Of a DNA stretch of 64,000 nucleotides, positions 59,127-64,000 are shown piece after piece (within the stretch, counting starts at the first letter, position 1; the number at the start of each line of letters is the position of its first letter). The stretch is from the human T2T-CHM13v2.0 reference genome, Homo sapiens, in NCBI RefSeq assembly GCF_009914755.1, contig NC_060938.1; one strand, 5' to 3'. Under the pieces are notes generated by a model. The model was given only the letters and a program-made list of their open reading frames with translations, searched no databases and was not told where the DNA came from. The translations under genes were made by a program, and so were the position numbers.

Positions 59127-59318
59127 CCCTGACCCACATTCGCATCTTCATCCATAGGGGAGAGTTAGCCACTGGGAGTTGATTTGACATGACTGTAGTC
59201 CCCACGAAGACATTGGTAATCAGAACACTGAGCTTCAAATTAGGGAAGAGTTAGGTGTAGCTCTGCAGAATCAGGAAGTACCACTGGTGTCGGCTATTCT
59301 CCACTATTATAGACAGAA
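59121..59318 (+). repeat. 198-bp dispersed duplicate, copy B1
   Basis: Ungapped match to 62344-62541 with 7 substitutions by manual count. Confidence 0.97.
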
Positions 59319-59386
59319 GCAATCTGTCTGTTCTGCTCAGTCACCACTTACCACAGGGCAATAGTTTTGAATTTGTGTTCTGAGGT
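59316..59386 (+). repeat. 71-bp direct repeat, copy A2
   Basis: Matches 59056-59126. Confidence 0.97.
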
Positions 59387-60824
59387 GCAACAGCCTCCTG
59401 TCTTGTATTTCAGTGTTTCATATCAATAATTGACTGCCTGTCTTTGCAACTGAGAAAAATTATGAGTTGTAAATCCAACATTGACATTGTTTTCCTTGCA
59501 TGCAGCCCAATTTTATGTTTTCTATTACAAAATTTTAGTCAATTTATTCCACAAGGGGTCATTATCATGTATGAGGCTTTTTATTGGTACAAAATAAGAA
59601 AGACATATTTCATTTGGCCTGAGAGAAGAACAAAAGACTGTCGAATTCTCAAGCAAATTAGCAGACTATTAGAATATAGTGTGATACATGCTGCAGGACA
59701 AATATAAAGAGCCCTCTTCATACATTGCAGAGTGTTCATGGCAAAGTTCTTTCACTGAGTACTGGTGACACTGGAGGCAGGTCTGAAGGTGAGACCGTCT
59801 GAGCTGTGTTTAAAGGAGGAAAGTAGGAGTCAACTCTTACATAATAGTAGGGAACAAAAAAGATGAGAAATGGCTCCATATTGCTGCATTGAGAGGGAGT
59901 TACTGAGAAGCGTGCCTGGAGTTGTAAAAGGAAGCCAAATGTTAAGGAGCTTGGGCATTATTCTTGGGGCTACAGGGCAACTGTTCAAAGTTAATTAAAT
60001 AACTTGAATGGTGGCATGATGGAATTTCCTTGAGAAAACAGATTTTCTTGTCAATAATGAATCTACAGTAGAAAAGGCAGCTGAAAATCAAGCAAAGGAA
60101 ATGCAGAAAAATAGGTTTAATAATGATATTATTTAAAAAACCAACCAAAGAAAAAATATCATCTTTGATAATAGTAGCTAAAATTTATTTTGTACATACT
60201 ATATGCCAGTCATTTTTATAAAAATCATGTACATGATAACCTCTATATAAGATAAATTCTATTATAATAGAATTATTATTATCATTATTATGATAGTGTG
60301 AGAATGAGTGGTAGTTTGCACAGATGTGAAAACCATGCCACTTGAGGTGAAAGCTTCACTCCACCATTTATTTTCAGTGTGACCTTGTACAAATTAATTG
60401 ATACACCTAAATACAGTCACACATATTTGATATATTTTTGTGGCAGTTCAGGGTTTCTCCAACCCACATCTGTCCCTTTTTCATGCCTTGGATTTTAGTG
60501 AGACAGTGAAAATAAGTTATACATAAGAGCAAGAGAAATGAATGTGAAGCAAACGAGAGAAATGACAAGTGAAGCAAAACACTATAGCTCCATCAAAATA
60601 CCAAGCAAATGTCAAACAGAAAGAAAATTCAAAGAAATGAATTATCTGCAAACAGAGATTCTGAAATTAGGAATAGGCTAAGTGGTGAATGACATGGGAG
60701 AAAGGAGACAGGAATAAACAGATTTCCTGATGTCCTTTGATGGAAAAGGGGACTTTATATGAATTATAATGCAACTCCATGAAAATGGATGTGACTTTTT
60801 GGAACCCTGTCCTTATCTCTTCCC

Positions 60825-61010
60825 AAATGTATGACACTGGGCAGAAGTCTCAACCTCTCTTTGCCTCAATTTCCTACGCCAAACCTAGATAAATAATAGT
60901 ATTGAACTCATAATATACTGTGAAGATTGAGTTAATATATATAAAATAATGAAGCAGTCCTGGCATATAGTAGCACCATATTTGTTATCTATTATTATTA
61001 TTATCATTAA
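60825..61010 (+). mobile_element. MIR SINE
   Basis: gacactgggcagaagtctcaacctctctttgcctcaatttcct...cagtcctggcatatagtagcacc. Confidence 0.65.
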
Positions 61011-61146
61011 AATATCCTTTGGATTTCATGTTTTGGCATGTGTGTCCATTTTTCAGATTCATATAATCCTAAACTCTTAAAGAATTAGGGCCATAGGAAA
61101 GAGTTTGCTGTCTTTGGTTGCTGAAACGTTCATATTGTGTACCTTG

Positions 61147-61199
61147 CCATTTAAAGAAATGCCATTTAAAGAAAACTTAATACCATTTAAAGAAAACTT
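61147..61199. repeat. Three tandem copies of ccatttaaagaaa
   Basis: Copies at 61147-61159, 61162-61174, 61183-61195. Confidence 0.9.
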
Positions 61200-61918
61200 C
61201 TAAACTGTTAGTTAATGGTATTTGGGGGTGGACATCCCTTTTCTGTGGAATATGGTGGTCATCTTCAGTGGATGCCCTTGGGGAATGTAATGTCAAAACT
61301 GGATATTCCAAGGACAGTGCAGGATCTTAGAGTTCATAATATGAGAAATGAGCTTCATGCGAGAATATTGAAGGAATAGTGTTCATGGATGGTGATTTGT
61401 ACCTTGTTATGGAACATAAAATGTAAAATGAATGTTTCTTTTTTTTTCCCAGAGAAGAAAAGATCTCTAAGTGATGATTATGATATGACAAAAAGCTCAG
61501 ACATTTTTCAGGTGGTTGAAATGTGTTCTCTGGACGGAAAAATTTAGGCTCCACACTGAACATCCTCAGGGAAAGATGAAAGAATAAAATGCCGTAGAGA
61601 TTGAGATGCACAGCTGGATAATGTAGAGATAGATCATTTAAGTCAAACATGAGGTGAAAGCTGGGAAGGCTTTTGCACCTGTGCTTGACTGGATGCTGAA
61701 TTTCGAACAAGTTTTCTGAAGGGCAGAGATTTTTGTGGAAGCATGAGTTTTCCACTACCCAACATAGAAAGGATAAAAGAACTTGCAGTTTTAGGAGACT
61801 AGATTTACTTTTTTCCCCAATATTATGGCCTGTTCTGGAAGTAAGTGACAGAAAGACAAAGATCGAACTTATGCTTACATGAACAGCTCAGGGCCAAGGA
61901 AAATGTAGCCAAATTTAG

Positions 61919-62243
<325 letters not shown>

Positions 62244-62343
62244 GACCTGATCTTACGCAAATTTAAGCAGAAGAGAAGCAACCTGAGGAAAAACAACATT
62301 AGTTAAGCAAAACAAAATAAACAGTAATATTGGGTGGTTAGAG

Positions 62344-62541
62344 TGAGGTCCCTGACCCACATTCGCGTCTTCATCCATAGGGGAGAGTTAGCCATTGGGA
62401 GTTGATTTGACATGATTGTACTCCCCGCGAAGACATTGGTAATCAGAACACTGAGCTTCAAATTAGGGAAGAGTTAGGTGTAGCTCTGCAGAATCAGGAA
62501 GTACCACTGGTGTCGGCTATTCTCCACTGTTATACACAGAA
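62344..62541 (+). repeat. 198-bp dispersed duplicate, copy B2 (probable donor)
   Basis: Matches 59121-59318. Confidence 0.97.
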
Positions 62542-63619
62542 ATAGCAAGAACCAAGACATCCCCTCTTATTGTTGTAAAAAATGTGAACGTCCTCTGAGT
62601 GACAGTGCCGGGAAACTGGCAAAGTCTCCAGACCGGTGCCGGTAAAACCCCTGAGAATGAGACTTAACACTGAGTTTGAGCTGTGTTCCAGACGTTTCTG
62701 GCACTTTAATAAGGGTAGTGAAGGCTGAGTAAAAATCTGAGTAGGATTTATGAGAAATGAATGCCAAGTGATACTGGACAGTAATCAAGTTACCACAACT
62801 TCTAACCACTGGAGTGGCTTTTGATCTATGTTTTTGTACAAAGTTATAGCTATTTATATTGACTACAAACAAATTTCAAAATTCCGGAGAAAAGTTTGTT
62901 GAAATTGGATTTTTGCAAAGAGATTATGCAGACTACATAGTAATGGCCTTTCTGCAAGAGTGTATCTACAATCAAAAAGTGATTGCATAGATGGTCCATA
63001 TTGGATCAACTAAAATTTATTGTTTATGCTGCCCCTTATTTTGCCTATTGAGAATAATCTTTTGTCACATTCACAGAGCCTTGGGAGAAATGCCAGGAAG
63101 CACTGTATACAGTTTTCTGAGACATTTAAGGAATATTTGATTTCGATGTTTTCTGATCCCCTGAGTTTTTAAAAGGGTAGTTAGAAAATAAGAGTACGTT
63201 TCTATCTTTATAAGTGAGACATGATCTTCTTAAAAAGGAAATAGTGCTTGATAGGGTAAAAATAATCCAAAATTTTGAGGAGTGCTGTAGAATGATTGTT
63301 TTCTCTAAGATCACTTTTTCTAAGGTGAGCAGAAGCTTTTAATTAATGTCGTTAGCTTGTAGTGTGGTAGGTATCATGGGTCACTGAATATAGGAATGCA
63401 TAATAAATCTCTCAAAATTTGAATATATGTGGATAAAAGAATACTGAAAAAAAAAAAAACAGAATGAGAGTGATCATCACATCATCAGAAGTCCAGGATG
63501 TACTTACTCTTGTGCAGCATGAATAGTTTCAGTCTTAACATTTAAAGAGTAGGTGTAAGCAGATAGACATTATAAGAAAAAAAAAAAAAACTTCTCTTCA
63601 GAAACCCAAAGGAGAATTT

Positions 63620-64000
63620 AATGCAGCATATGCATCTTAAAATTAACATGCATACAACTGAATTTTGCTATTATCTCAAAAATGGCTCCCCTTGCATGTT
63701 CATAGCTGTAAATGGTAACTCTGTTATATTTGTTCAGGTCAGAACTTTAGATTGATTCTTCACTCACTTTTCTTTATAATTTCCCATTTCATTAGCAAAA
63801 TCTATTTGACCTTTTTTTCAAAATTTATCCAGACTTGTAAAACCTCATACCACCTCCAGAACTTACCTGAATCCCTTCCACATCCATCTCACTCCTGGGT
63901 TATTCCAGTACACTCTTATATGGTCTCCCTTGCTTCACCCTCTTTCATCATGGTATTCGTTAGGACTTTTTGCTAACATCACTTCTTTTAGCACTGGCCA
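63620..64000 (+). mobile_element. L2 LINE fragment running off the window end
   Basis: catcttaaaattaacatg...gtaaatggtaactctg...cattagcaaaatctatttgacctttttttcaaaatttatccaga. Confidence 0.7.

Noticed and set aside
59056-59386. CRISPR-like repeat-spacer-repeat, mini-LTR element, or spliced retrocopy
   Set aside because: Only two 71-bp repeats in primate DNA with no cas genes; repeats lack TG...CA ends and an outer TSD; the joint at 62344 has no polypyrimidine tract and there is no poly-A, so microhomology explains it better
61327-61755. 142-aa minus ORF; also 58566-58940, 62567-62872, 37178-37504 and 5845-6222
   Set aside because: No recognisable homology; low-complexity or decayed-repeat origin, and lengths plausible by chance in 64 kb

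Overview
This is AT-rich, CpG-poor primate (human/great-ape-like) genomic DNA. I see no supportable protein-coding gene, RNA gene or CRISPR array. It is dominated by transposon fossils: a full-length but decayed L1PA6/7-type LINE-1 (7364-13754, minus, with TSD), older L1M copies, about 8 Alus (AluJ to a young AluYe-like copy), MaLR/ERVL LTRs (THE1, MSTD, MLT1, MLT2), DNA-transposon remnants (MER6, MER5, Tigger), MIR/L2/L3 relics and microsatellites. Every ORF in the track is L1 ORF1/ORF2 debris, Alu/LTR read-through or apparently chance. I do not see a new biological system in the sense of a new gene cluster. The most notable structure is a set of microhomology-joined templated insertions. The clearest is at 59056-59386, where a 198-bp copy of 62344-62541 sits between two copies of a 71-bp duplication. 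The same duplication-foreign-duplication architecture occurs inside the large L1 (8012-8434). The strong minus-strand bias of L1s and LTRs suggests an intron of a large plus-strand transcript. Repeat subfamily names come from recalled consensus features, not a database search, and boundaries of ancient repeats are approximate.
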